64,000 nucleotides of DNA from Chrysemys picta bellii (taxonomy: Eukaryota). Both the position numbers and the translations under genes were made by a program. Each line of letters opens with the position of its first letter. The first letter of the stretch is position 1. Below, piece by piece: positions 1 to 11,834 of the stretch. Below the pieces are notes generated by a model. It searched no databases. It had not been told where the DNA came from and saw only the letters and a list, made by a program, of their open reading frames with translations. The stretch is taken from NCBI RefSeq assembly GCF_011386835.1, contig NC_088793.1:197594001-197658000 (forward strand), in the 5' to 3' direction.

Positions 1-1750
1 AGAATATGTTTAAGGTTGGCAGGTTGTCTGTGGGCGAGGACTGGCCTGCCTCCCAAGGTCTGTGAAAGTGAGGGATCATTGTCCAGGATGGGTTGTAGAT
101 CACTGATGATGCGTTGGAGAGGTTTAAGCTGAGGACTGTAGGTGATGGCCAGTAGAGTTCTGTTGGTTTCTTTTTTGGGCCTGTCTTGTAGCAGGAGGCT
201 TCTGGGTACACCTCTAGCTCTGTTGATTTGTTTCTTTATTTCCTTGTGTGGGTATCGTAGTTTTGAGAATGCTTGGTGAAGATCTTGTAGGTGTTGGTCT
301 CTGTCTGAGGGGTTGGAGCAGATGCGATTGTACCTCAGTGCTTGGCTGTAGACGATGGATCGTGTGGTGTGACCGGGGTGGAAGCTGGAGGCATGAAGGT
401 AGGTGTAGGGGTCGGTGGGTTTTCGGTATAGAGTGGTGTTAATGTGGCCATCGCTTATTTGTACGGTGGTGTCTAGGAAGTGGACCTCCCGTGTAGAATG
501 GTCCAGGCTGAGGTTGATGGTGGGGTGGAAGCTGTTGAAATCATGGTGGAATTCTTCCAGGGTCTCCTTCCCATGGGTCCAGATGATGAAGGTGTCATCA
601 ATATAGCGTAGGTAGAGAAGGGGCATGAGTGGACGAGAGCTGAGGAAGTGTTGTTCCAGGTCAGCCATAAAAATGTTGGCATATTGTGGGGCCATGCAGG
701 TGCCCATAGCGGTGCCACGGGTCTGGAGGTATATATTGTCACCAAATTTGAAATAATTGTGCGTGAGGATAGAGTCACAGAGCTCAGCAATAAGTTGTGC
801 TGTGTCATCATCAGGGATACTGTTCCTGACAGCTTGTATTCCATCTGTGTGTGGGATGTTTGTGTAGAGAGCTTCTACATCCATGGTGGCTAGGATGGTG
901 TTTTCTGGGAGGTCACCAATGCATTGTAGTTTTCTCAGGAAATCTGTGGTGTCACGGAGATAGCTGGGAGTGCTGGTGGCGTAGGGTCTGAGTAGGTAGT
1001 CCACATATCCAGACAGTCCTTCAGTGAGAGTGCCAATGCCCGAGATGATGGGGCGGCCAGGATTTCCAGGTTTGTGGATCTTAGGTAGTAGATAGAATAA
1101 CCCCGGTCGGGGCTCTAAGGGTATGTTGATTTGTTCCTGTGTTAGTGTAGGGAGTGTCCTGAGTAGATGGTGCAGTTTCTTAGTGTATTCCTCAGTGGGA
1201 TCGGAGGAAAGTGGCCTGTAGAATTTGGTATTGGAGAGTTGTCTGGCAGCCTCCTTCTGGTAGTCAGACCTGTTCATGACGACAACCAGCACCTCCTTTA
1301 TCAGCCTCTTTGATGATAATGTCAGGGTGGTTTCTGAGGCTGTGGATAGCATTGCGTTCTGCACGACTTAGGTTATGAGGCAAGCGATGTTTTTCCACAA
1401 TTTCTGCCTGTGCGTGTCGGCGGAAGCATTCGATGTATAGGTCCAGACTGTCATTTCGACCCTCAGGAGGAGTCCATGTGGAGTTACCCTCCCACCAACA
1501 ACACAAGAAGAAGATCTGTGTATCAGTGCATTGTTCAGTGTAATCTTGAAAGTATTCTTTGAGTCGGAGGCGGCGAAAGTAGGCTTCCAGATCACCGCAG
1601 AACTGTATCATGTTCGTGGGGGTGCTGGGGCAAAAAGAGAGTCCCTGAGATAGGACAGACTCTTCTGCTGGGTTGAGTGTGTAGCTGGATAAATTGACGA
1701 TATTGCTGGGTGAGTTAGGGGTACCCCTGTTGTGGCCCCATGTGGCACAG
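1..1750 (-). mobile_element. Penelope-like retroelement (PLE), RT region; 3' part runs off the window start
   Basis: My translation of the minus strand 1277->1 is stop-free and gives ...YLLPKIHKPGNPGRPIISG...ATMDVEALYTNIP...GTAMGTCMAPQYANIFMADLEQ...YLRYIDDTFIIW...FLDTTV...LYRKPTD..., which are PLE-type RT motifs. The upstream piece (1611-1287, FCGDLEAYFRRLRLKEYF) is offset by a 1-nt frameshift. The 5' boundary is approximate. Confidence 0.93.
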
Positions 1751-3639
1751 GACCCTCTGTTGCTTTTTAATCATTCTTGTGGCTCTTCTCTGAACCCTGT
1801 CTAATTTTTCAACATTCTCCTTGAATTGTGGATGTCAAAATTGGCCACAATATTCCACTGGTGGTTACACCAGCACCAAATACCAAAGTAATATAACCTC
1901 CCTGCTCCTACTTGATATTCCCCTGCTTATACATACAAGAATGCATGCACTGTATTGAATCCAGTTTTAATATTAATATTCAAATATTAATATGAGTTTT
2001 CCATTACTGGTCCATGCTAAAGTGAATTTGCCAATGATCTGACTTTTTTGAGGGGGGTGGAAGAGAGAGAAGGGGAGAGAAGAACTAAACCTGAGTCACT
2101 ATCCTCAAATGGTATTGTTAGTATCCTATATGACTGCGTTAGCAAAGTGTCCTCTTTACTCTTCCTTCCACTCTCGTACCTCTCTGTTACTTCCTCTTCA
2201 TCTTAGAGTTCCTGCTCTTTGAGGCAGGAACTCCATCTTCATCTATCTTACATAGCACATAAGTGAGCATGGGGCTTTAAAAGGGCCATGCTACACTCAC
2301 TGAAGACAATGGGAACTTTTCTATTGGCTTCACTGGACATTGGCTTGGGACTTAAGTAGTCGTTACTAAGAACAGGGCTGTACTCTGTCAGAAACTCTAC
2401 TGTTAAGAGAGGGAAAGCAATCAACGCCCTTACGGGGGGTTGTATCTAGTACTCCTACTGGCACCTGGCATTGTAGTATCTGAGCACTGATATCAAAGGC
2501 TACGCAGGTAAAGGGGTAAACTGATATTTTCTAAGCAAAATGTTTTCTTTCGTTTCCTCACAGTCCAAAGCCTTTCCTAGGTGCTGTATTAAACCATAAC
2601 AATAAAACATTCTGGATCGAGGTGGACTCTCATGATCAGAAAAGATCCAGGTTCCCAAAGCCCTGATTATCTCTGCAGGAGGGATATTTTTGCTATGCAC
2701 ATGTGACTCTGCAGAAAGGCTTAGTTGTGAAGAACAGCCAGCTCTTAACAGGAGAAAGTTAAGGAAGAAGACTCTCAGCCAGTGGTTTAGCTGGCGTAAA
2801 ACTGGCGTAGCTCCACTGAAGATAATGGAGCTAGGCAAATGTACATCACTGGAGGATCTGGCCTGGAGAGTACCACCATACAATCCAGATATGTTTAAAT
2901 CAGTCTTAACCTGCAACCTAGAGTGATTAGATGGAGAAAATACGGTAGAGTAGTGAGAGGGATATCACCCTTCTGAATTTCTTCTCTGGTTTTCTTGAAA
3001 AGCTACTCAAGGTGGAAAGGGTCTAGATGACTGCATGACTGTACTCTCAGAGGTGAGCAACGACATACCTGCTGCCATCTTGTTGGTTTTTAACCAAGAG
3101 AAGAACATAAAATATGTGACCAACAGCTGTGATTGTTCTCTAAGATGCAGAAAAAAACAACAACAAAGGGCAAAAGGAAGTGTAAGAAAGCAGGGAGCCA
3201 TCCTCCCCCCCCACTCCTCTGATAAAATATTATGCTGCTGCCTAACTGAATGACTGAAGTAGCTACCTATCCATTTTAACATAGTGATAAATTCATCCTT
3301 CACTTCGTTTGGATTTTTGGCATTTTTAATTTCAAATATTTTATAAAACAACAATGCTGGAACTGTTCTGCTCTTAGTGATGGGTAAATAAGTGATCGCT
3401 GCCCTCACAACTGCCTAAAGAGTAGTGGAAAATTCATGGAAATGTTATCCATCTAGTTTCTTTGTAATGTTCTCAATGACTTAGACTTCAGGCCTGGCAT
3501 TTTCTGCATTCAAGACTTATTGTAACAATATTCCCTTGGACATATTTGTATTAAAGGGCAACAATTGTCACTGCAGTAACATTTCCTTCTACAGGTTGCT
3601 TAAGCACTCTGTATTTTCTTTTCTTAAATTATCACTTTC

Positions 3640-3722
3640 TTATTTATATTGTGGCAGTGCCTACATTGGGGACCCATTGTTAGGCACTGTACGTAGATAA
3701 CAAAAAGTTCCAAAGAATTTAG
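3640..3722 (-). mobile_element. L2/MIR-type 3' tail fragment
   Basis: cccattgttaggcactgtac...aacaaaaag..ccaaagaattta resembles the cccattgtgctagg.. motif also at 23555 and 26380. Confidence 0.45.
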
Positions 3723-5607
3723 GGTAGGATTTTCAAAAGGGCTTAACACTAGCCTAATTTCTGCTCCCATAGAAGCCAATGGTAAAACTCCCATTAACTT
3801 TAAAGGGAGCATGCTTCAGCGAACTCAGAGCTTTTGAAAAAAATAACACCCTTATTATTAAAGTGTATAAAGGGAGACAACAGGTGACAAAAAGACAAGG
3901 CGAGCAATAGGTAACAGTGAAAATGGAATAAAACAGATAATTTGACACCATTAAATCTGTTAACATAAAGCACAGTGGTGGAGCTGATGCAACCCAACCC
4001 ATAAAACTAAAAACTGGAATTTCCAAATGTTTGACTATCACTATTTCAAATTTTCAGTATGTGAGCACCAAGAAACAAATTGGGTTTTTTTTAAATAATA
4101 TTTTGGACAGACTTGTGCCAAAAAGTCCCTTGAAATCTCTCAATAGACCTCAGAAGTTATGCACACAACATACTTATCTTTTCTTTTAACCACTCAAAAG
4201 AACTTACAAGCATAAAAGGAAACATTTAAATGCTAAAATTATTTCCTACCATTAGTTGTATTCTAATCACTTTTTTCAAACTAAGAAAACAATGAGAAAT
4301 TGTAATATATAAAATAACACATTTAACTATCCAGAGAATTTTGAATGTCTTTGGTGTGAATGTCAGTTTATTTTTCCTCTTTTCTTTCCCCAGGGGAAAT
4401 GTATAAAATATATACTCATACCACAATTTTCATTATGTTCTCGTTACATCAAAAGTTATATTTGCTCAGCAGTCTGCCAAGATACTAACATCATACTTCT
4501 AGATTTATCTGTCAATCATATTCATTATTAAATCTATAGTTGAAAATTGTATACCTCATGTTATTTGTGTACTTAAATTTCATGATGGTAGAACACAAAA
4601 CACAGGAAGTTTTCAGACTTTTGAATAATATTTTCATTCTGGAATTTTTCACACCAATTTATTGATAAATATATACATTTAGTACAAGTGCTTAAAATTA
4701 AGACAAAAGCTCAAATGTTAAATACTAAATACTTAAGTATTTAACATTTGAGCATAAACTTAAGTTTATATTTAAAATAGCAATTTGGGTGGTTAACCAG
4801 ATTTCTCTGTGGTAAAAGAATTCCAGAATGGAGCAAGGTGTTGAAAAGCTTGCTGTGTTGAATACACAAGTGGTAGATGTAGATTATCTAGTAGCAGGTC
4901 ATGATATGCATGTTCAAACCACCGTGGGAGTACACTGAAATCAGCTCCCTAATGTAAAAGAGTGTTGCAGTCTCTGCAATCATAAAGATCATCAGCAGAA
5001 CTTCAACCTGGATTCTCACTTCCATGGGCAGTCAGTGTAAATAAGGACATAAAGTAATGTGACCGTACAAAACACTGAAAAAACTAGAGGTACAGCAATT
5101 TTTAAATCTTTTTTTTTTTCCCTCCAAAGGAAGCAATGAGTTTGACAATAACCAGTGCAACAGAAAATTGGTGCATGAACCAACATGGTGGTAAAGAAGA
5201 GCAAAGAAAGTTAAAAAATTCTATTTTAGAAATAATGAGTAAATGATATCAGAGAGACCATAAATTGTGTGATTAAGAAACAAAAGATTGCTACTGAAAA
5301 GGATGGACAGATCCATGAATGATACAACTACTGCAGGCTGTATCATTCATTCAATGAAGTGGAATCTAGGGAAAGGACATAATACTGTTCATGGTCAATA
5401 GAAAGATTTCCATTTTGGCCATGTTAGTCATGACAGAATCCTGGTGCATCCAGCAGGTGATATTTTGGGCACCAAATAATTTGAAAATGAAGAGCAGGTA
5501 GAGATACTTAAAACAGATCTGTTGCTCATCTCTATCTGCCATTCACCGAGAAGAAAGAGAACAATGACTAGGCCAAGACTGAATCCTGACTGACAAAAGC
5601 AGCTAAA

Positions 5608-5820
5608 AGAGACAAGGTGGCTGGGGTAATCTCTTTTATTGGATCAACTTCTGTTGGTCAGAGACAAGCTTTTGTGACACACAGAGCTCTTCTTCAGGAA
5701 CCTCTGTGTGTCTTGAAAGCTTGTCTTTTCACCAACAGAAGTTGGTCCAATAAAAGATATTACCTCACCCACCTTGCCTCTCTAATATCCTGGGACCAAC
5801 AAGGCTACAACTACACTGCA
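5608..5820. mobile_element. Short fold-back (inverted-repeat) element with hammerhead-ribozyme-like core, probably a non-autonomous PLE derivative
   Basis: Arm 5608-5672 (agagacaaggtggctggggtaatctcttttattggatcaacttctgttggt..gacaagcttt) is the near reverse complement of arm 5716-5783. The minus strand of the loop reads CTGAAGA-agagctctgtgtgtcac-AAAAGCTTGTC. Confidence 0.7.
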
Positions 5821-7080
5821 ATAGCAGTTGAGTCATATGAGCAAGACTTATCAAGCTTACCCAACATTCAGAGTAGACACCAGGTACTTGTAGATAAGAG
5901 GCAAATATGTAAAATCCTGACTACCCAAAAGCTGAGCAGAAATAGTGAAGAAAGATGGTAGATATAGTCAACTGCTATAGATAAGTCCAAGAGGATAAGA
6001 AGGAATAGCAAACGTGAGACTGAGCAAAAGCCCAGTTAATAAAACCTTGAAATAATGTTATTTAGGTAGAATGGCTAACTTTTGCAAACCAAATTAAAGG
6101 AGCTTGAGAACAAAGTTCATGATCCTGCATGAAAGAAAGAGGTTGCTTACTGAAAAATAATTAGGCGTACCCACCTCAAAAAGAGATTAGAAAACGTCAC
6201 TGTGTAGCTAGCCATAATTTTTCTAATCTATTTATACATTGCCCTTCATCTGTGTAACATGACACATGATGTCATTGGAAGAGCTGATTCCCTGTGATAA
6301 GTCCTCAGTTAACTTGTTGGTACTGAGTTGGTTGAAAAATAAAATTAAAATATATTTAAAAAAAAAAAAAAAAAGAGGAATTTTCAGTTTGAGTTAGACT
6401 TATTTTTCTTTTTAATTTGCCACTGAGTTGTTAGTAAAAATCTTCAAAACCAAAATTTGAATTTGGAAAAAAATCCCCCATACGACTAAACTATCCAATC
6501 AAAATTGGCAATGCAAAAAAACCATACAAAGTAATGGTGAAGGATGAACAAAACAAAACAAAAACATTGGTCTCCAGAGTCCCCAGGGGCCACACTACAA
6601 ACAATGACAACCAAACATTAAGAGGAAAAAAGTACAATGGTTGCCCTATTTTATCAAATCAAACACAATGACTGACGACAACTGAACATGAAAGAGAAAA
6701 CAGACAGAAACATGAAGATGGTAAACCAAAATTGTAAACAAGGTAACATTTTTTGCTTTGTTTCCCTTAAGTTTTCAAAAGAAACATTTTAAAAACCTAA
6801 TAGTTAATAGTTTAAAAATGCATTTTTGGTTGAGAATCCACATGCTCTATTATGCTGTAGCAAAAGCAAAATATTAGATTAGCTTTGAAATTATTGGGAT
6901 CTATCACAATTTCTTTTTTTTTTTTTTTTTTAAATGTTCAACAGTCAATTTAGTGCTCATGGCTGGTACTAGACTATCAGCCATGAAGAATGAAGACAAC
7001 TGTTTATCCATAGAACAGGAGCTTGCAATACAAACTACTCCAAAAAAATACCACAAAAGTGCACTGATAGAGAAAAGCCA

Positions 7081-7220
7081 ATCCTTGGCCTCTCATTGTC
7101 ACCCTTGTTGATGGTGGCAATTAGTGCCAACTGACAGAGTGGTCTGTATTGTGAACATTTACCCTCTGGGAAATTGGATTCAGCCCAACCACTCATTTCA
7201 CACACCACTGGTCACCTAAC
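7081..7220 (-). mobile_element. LF-SINE relic
   Basis: Minus strand reads ggtgacc..gtgaaatgagtggttgggctgaatccaatttcc..gttggcactaattgccacc..gagaggccaagga, matching diagnostic blocks of the LF-SINE consensus as I recall it (ttggcactaattggcacc; gagaggccaagga). Confidence 0.7.
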
Positions 7221-7305
7221 AATATTTACATGGCCTAGAAACATTGTAGCGAGTTTCCCTTCCCCCATTAGCTCAGATGAAGAAAGGTATATTTGAGAGA
7301 CATTA

Positions 7306-7665
7306 GGGGTATGCCGGCAGTTGGAGCTAGTGGTGTAATTCCTACTTTGCACGGATGTACTTGCACTGGCTCCATTCAAGCTAGCATGCTAAAAATAGTA
7401 GTATAACTGTGGTAGCACGGGCAGTGGGAGTGGTGGCATGGGCTAGTTGCCCCGAGTGCAACCCACCTGACCCCGATGGGTATGTACTTGGGGTGGCTAG
7501 CCCATGCCACTGCTCTCCACTGACACTGCTACTGTGGCATTAGCAACTTGTAGCACATTGGCTTGAGTACACTACTACGTTTAGCGCACTTGATCAAGCA
7601 GAGCCAATGCTGGTAAATCTACGCCATCTGGGAATAACATCCCTGGCTCCAAGTGTAGATGTAAC
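7306..7665. mobile_element. Harbinger-type MITE, degenerate
   Basis: Right end agtgtagatgtaacc resembles the family TIR. Internal self-complementary blocks (gggctag../..ctagccc). Confidence 0.5.
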
Positions 7666-7708
7666 CTCCGGGAAATGGAAAGAGAAAACATGTTTTTGTT
7701 TTGTGGCT

Positions 7709-7792
7709 TAGAATCATAGAATATTAGGGTTGGAAGAGGCCTCAGGAGGTCATCTAGTCCAATCCCCTGCTCAAAGCAGGACCAACACCAAC
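7709..7792 (-). mobile_element. CR1 LINE 3' end
   Basis: tagaatcatagaatattagggttggaag..cctcaggaggtcatctagtccaatcccctgc is the reverse complement of the CR1 3' terminus with its (ATTCTATG)-type tail. Confidence 0.85.
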
Positions 7793-8289
7793 TTTTGTGT
7801 TGTTGTTTTTGAATGCTGCTATGCTGTAGCAAGTCCTAGAAGATAAGCTCAAAGCCCACTGAGGTTAATGGAAAACCTTCCAATACTTCATTGGGCACTG
7901 CCTGCCATACAAGGGCTCTGGATGGACTACAGGATTGTAAACTAAGTTGACTCTTCTCCTTCATTCAGATAACCCTGATGCTACAACACTTTAAAAGTCT
8001 TTCTTAAACTAGTTTCAGAAGATTCAAGTCTGTTTCTTTCAAAAAAAAAAGGGGGGGGGGGAGGGGAAGTACTATAGCTTCCTGTTTTGGATTATCTTTC
8101 CCATTTCTTAATTACTGAACCAGTGCTTCAGAGTGGAACTGAAGTCCCTACAACTGAAGGTGTGATCTTCTAATGACAGGGAAAGCCAAAGGCCTGACCA
8201 GCAATGGTAACGGAGTATCCCATGGTAAATCTCGGGACACAGGTAAAAGCAGAGTTGGAGGGAGGGTTGACAAGAGTGGGGTGTTTATC

Positions 8290-8455
8290 TTAGTGTCCTG
8301 GCCACATTCCAGCTCAAGAAATCACATTCCGCCTACCTCACATTGCCCTCTGTAGCTTCAATTGGATATAGTATTCTTTGATAATTCTTTCCCATTCTAA
8401 ACTGTTGGGGTGTTGCATGGTCCTAAAAACAGTTGCCATATCCCACTACAGATAG
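8290..8455 (+). mobile_element. AmnSINE1-like (Deu-domain) SINE relic
   Basis: gtgtcctggccacattccagctc..aatcacattccgcctacctcacattgccctctgtagcttcaattggatatagtattc..taaactgttg resembles the AmnSINE1 central domain as I recall it. Confidence 0.7.
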
Positions 8456-10744
8456 ATTCATCTACCAGTGGAAAGTATCTCTAGGAGATGAAAGGTATAT
8501 GGATCAGGTGAGGCTTAGTTTTTTTTTTTTTTTTTTAAAAGGTCTGAGATCTTCAAATGGGAAATGCCTTTCGAAGAGCAAAGTATTTTAATATTACCTT
8601 TCTAGCTCTAGAACCTCTTGTTTAAATGCTTGCTGATGTCACAGCTTCAATGAAAGTGAATGTGATGGTTTCTTCCAAGCCCATGTTTGTTCACTTAAAA
8701 AAAAAAAAAATCAGTATACAAGTGAGACACTTGTGGGCAGTCTCTTGGTTAGCTTGAAGTAAGCTGGTATTTGATGCAATGGCATAATCACACTCCCAGC
8801 TGATTTTGTCTACACACAAAGTTGCACTGGTTTAACTAAAGGTGTGGTTTTTAAACGACTGTTAAAGCAGAGCAACTTCGGATGAACTCCTACCCCACTG
8901 AAATCAATGATAAAACTTTTCATTTAATTCAGTAGAGCCAGGATTTCACTTTTGGTGTTTAAATCTGTTTTCTATGGAGTCAGCTGGCACCAAGCATGCC
9001 TGTAACTTACAGATGCTGCTTAAATCCACAAATGCCAGGTTTAAACCTATTAGAGCATCTACACAAGGGTTTGCACTGGTTTAACTAAATTCATTTTTAA
9101 AAACTGATTTAAGTTAAACTGGTGAAGATTCTGTATAAAGACAAGCCCTTATTTGCTTCATTGCCAGCGATTTCTCTCTTCAAAGTTGTCCCAAGAACAG
9201 AACTACAGGATTTCTTAAACTTAGAAATGAATTGCACTGGCAAAACTATTCTGGAAAACCACCAGGAATATTAAACTTGCTTACCATGTTTTAAGCTAAA
9301 AAAACTAAATTACTTTGCTTAAAGAAAGAATTGACAAGTCGTTATTTCTCTTTGCATGACTGAGCTATGCTTCATCAAGTGAGCTAAACTTTCCAAGGGA
9401 CTGCTGTAAAAAGCTTTTTCTTTGTATAAAAACCACTCCACAGTTCTAGTTAATCATAGGCCCTATGTGATCATTCTTCAATATTCTTAGTGTGTTAAAT
9501 GTAGTAAACAAGAAAAAGCAATGGTCTGACCCTACATGGTGTTGAGGGCCCTCAATTCCCAAGGAAGTCCAAGGTTCTGGCATTAATACTTTAAAAATAA
9601 AGTTTAAAGATAGTTGATGTACTTGTACATCAATCTTTCAGAGTTCAGATGGGCTCACCAAATTCTTTGGGCTAGGCTGTGGAACCCTTGCTGGTAGGTA
9701 CTTTCCAGTAGTCCCATTTGCTCCTGAGAATAAGTGATTACTAACATGAGTACCGATGGCAAGATTTAGCCCGCACTTGTGGAGTTCCAAAAAGATCAGT
9801 TCTTTCTCTGGTTATATTTCAACATCTACATGCAGCCAGTAAATCAACTGGCAAGATATTGACTGAAATGCCAGTACTATGCAGACAATGCAGCTCTTCT
9901 TAATCTTTCACCACATATATGACCATGCAACTACTTCCAAGATGGTCAAGTGGTTGGATGAGATCAGCTCATGGACAAAGAGCAACTGACTGAAGCAGAA
10001 TGTGAACCAGACAAAGGTTATGTTGGTGGGCAGAGGAAAACACTTGGGAAAAAAATTGCATGGTGCAGCCTCCTTTGGCTGATGATACACATCCAGAGTT
10101 AGTCAATTCTGCCTGTAGTTCAGGAGTGCTCACAATTCCTAGCTGATGCTAAACTCTCTACAAAGCAGCATTCACAATCAACACTTCCGGTCATCATGGG
10201 TTGACTAGGAGATTGTCCTATTCTGGCAGACACTGAACCTAGCCTTGGTTATATTCACCTTCCTTACCTGGAATAAAATATTGTGCTATACCTGGGCATG
10301 AAGACATCAGCCCTTCGGAAACTCCAGCTAATACAGAGCATCGTAGCACATCTCCTCAGCAACACAAGCTATGGCAAGCATGTCAAACCTGTCCCCGCTC
10401 TCTACACTAACTTCCCAAGAGTATCAAATCAAGTTCAAGGTCTCAGTATTTACCTTGAAGGTGGCATATCTAACAAGTCACCTAAAGCTCCAGGATGAAG
10501 ACCACGGTCAACAACTCCACTCTTCCAGCACAATGGAACACTATCAGATGGATAATGCTTGTCTGTGCAGGAGACACAATCTGAGGGCCAGTCCGAATCT
10601 GCGCATCAAACTCCCACAGAAACTAAGGACCCTCACAAACCTCACTGCCTCCTCCAAGTGGAGGGTACGTTCCTTCAACCTGCCTTCTCTAACACACACA
10701 CAGAGCAGCATGTACTTTTAAACAAAAACTAAAAATCCCAACCT

Positions 10745-10815
10745 AAACAAACAAACAAACAAACAAACAAACAAACAAACAAACAAACAAACAAACAAAC
10801 AAACAAACAAACAAA
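10745..10815 (+). repeat. (AAAC)n microsatellite
   Basis: Directly visible perfect tetranucleotide array of about 17 units. Confidence 0.98.
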
Positions 10816-10910
10816 CCGTACACTCCACTTGCAAGTGGAGAGGATGAGAGAATGAACCACACATGACAGAAGTCAGTCATGTTGCTTCAGGCACTACTGG
10901 AAGGCACTCA

Positions 10911-11207
10911 GGCTTGGTCTACACTACCCCCCCTAATTCGAACTAAGGTACGCAACTTCAGCTACGTGAATAACGTAGCTGAAGTTCGAAGTACCTTATT
11001 TCGAATTAGTTGAAACTTACCTTGGTCCACACTCGGCAGGCAGGCTCCCCCGTCGACTCCGCGGTACTCCTCTCGGCGAGCTGGAGTACCGCAGTCGACG
11101 GCGAGCACTTCCGGGTTCGACTTATCGCGTCCAGACTAGACGCGATAAGTCGAACCCAGAAGTTCGATTTCCAGCCGTCGAACTTGCCGGTAAGTGTAGC
11201 CAAGGCC
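10911..11207. mobile_element. PIF/Harbinger-type MITE, young and CpG-rich
   Basis: TIRs ggcttggtctacact / agtgtagccaaggcc. 3-bp TSD TCA at 10908-10910 and 11208-11210. Related copy at 51691-51990. Confidence 0.85.
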
Positions 11208-11834
11208 TCAGATACTACGGTGATTAGAGTGAGTATAAGAACCTATATAGAATAGAAAAAGCCCTCTGTAAACAGATAGCAATTTGCCGGTCATTGTCAA
11301 ACAGCACAAGTCAAATCCATATGCTTTAAGGTGAACAATGTCCACTAGAAAGAAGTCACATATCTTCATTAAGAGATTTCAGTCTTTAAAGTATCATCTA
11401 CTTTCATTCATAAACCAACTGCCTGGTAAAAGTAATTTGTGTGGTGTTAAAACTGTTGATCGAGCAGGTCACGATTTAGTGCCTTAAAATCACTTATGAT
11501 GAGTGCTTGCTTGTCACTCATTTTATTTAACAGGCCAACGGCTGTCTGGAAGCCATCAATGGAAAAATCTAACACTAAGATTTTCAAAGTTGCCTATGTG
11601 ATTTGGATGCCCAATCCTCTTTAAAATTTAATAGGAATTATGGTTCAAATCCCCAGCCATCTTTGAAAACCTCACCTAAAAGTCTCCAAAAATACACAGC
11701 AATCCTGTTTAGATTGATAGAGCAATTGAAGAATTTTGTGGTATGTTACTGTGTATCTGAATGGATATCTTGTTGCATTTTGATTAAATATTTCTAAAGA
11801 GTAGTAAAAATGACAATATATGGAGAAATACCAA

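Larger units (their letters stand above)
10283..11262 (+). mobile_element. L2-clade LINE 3' fragment, interrupted by (AAAC)n and a MITE
   Basis: Peptides LRKLQLIQSIVAHLLSNTS..HVKPV and YQIKFKVSVFTLK are typical of L2/CR1 ORF2 C-termini. The 3' UTR ggaaggcactcag|atactacggtg..tataagaacctatatagaataga is split by the MITE. Confidence 0.7.

Noticed and set aside
248-893. Short ORFs on both strands at the window start
   Set aside because: They are off-frame or antisense shadows of the Penelope RT frame.
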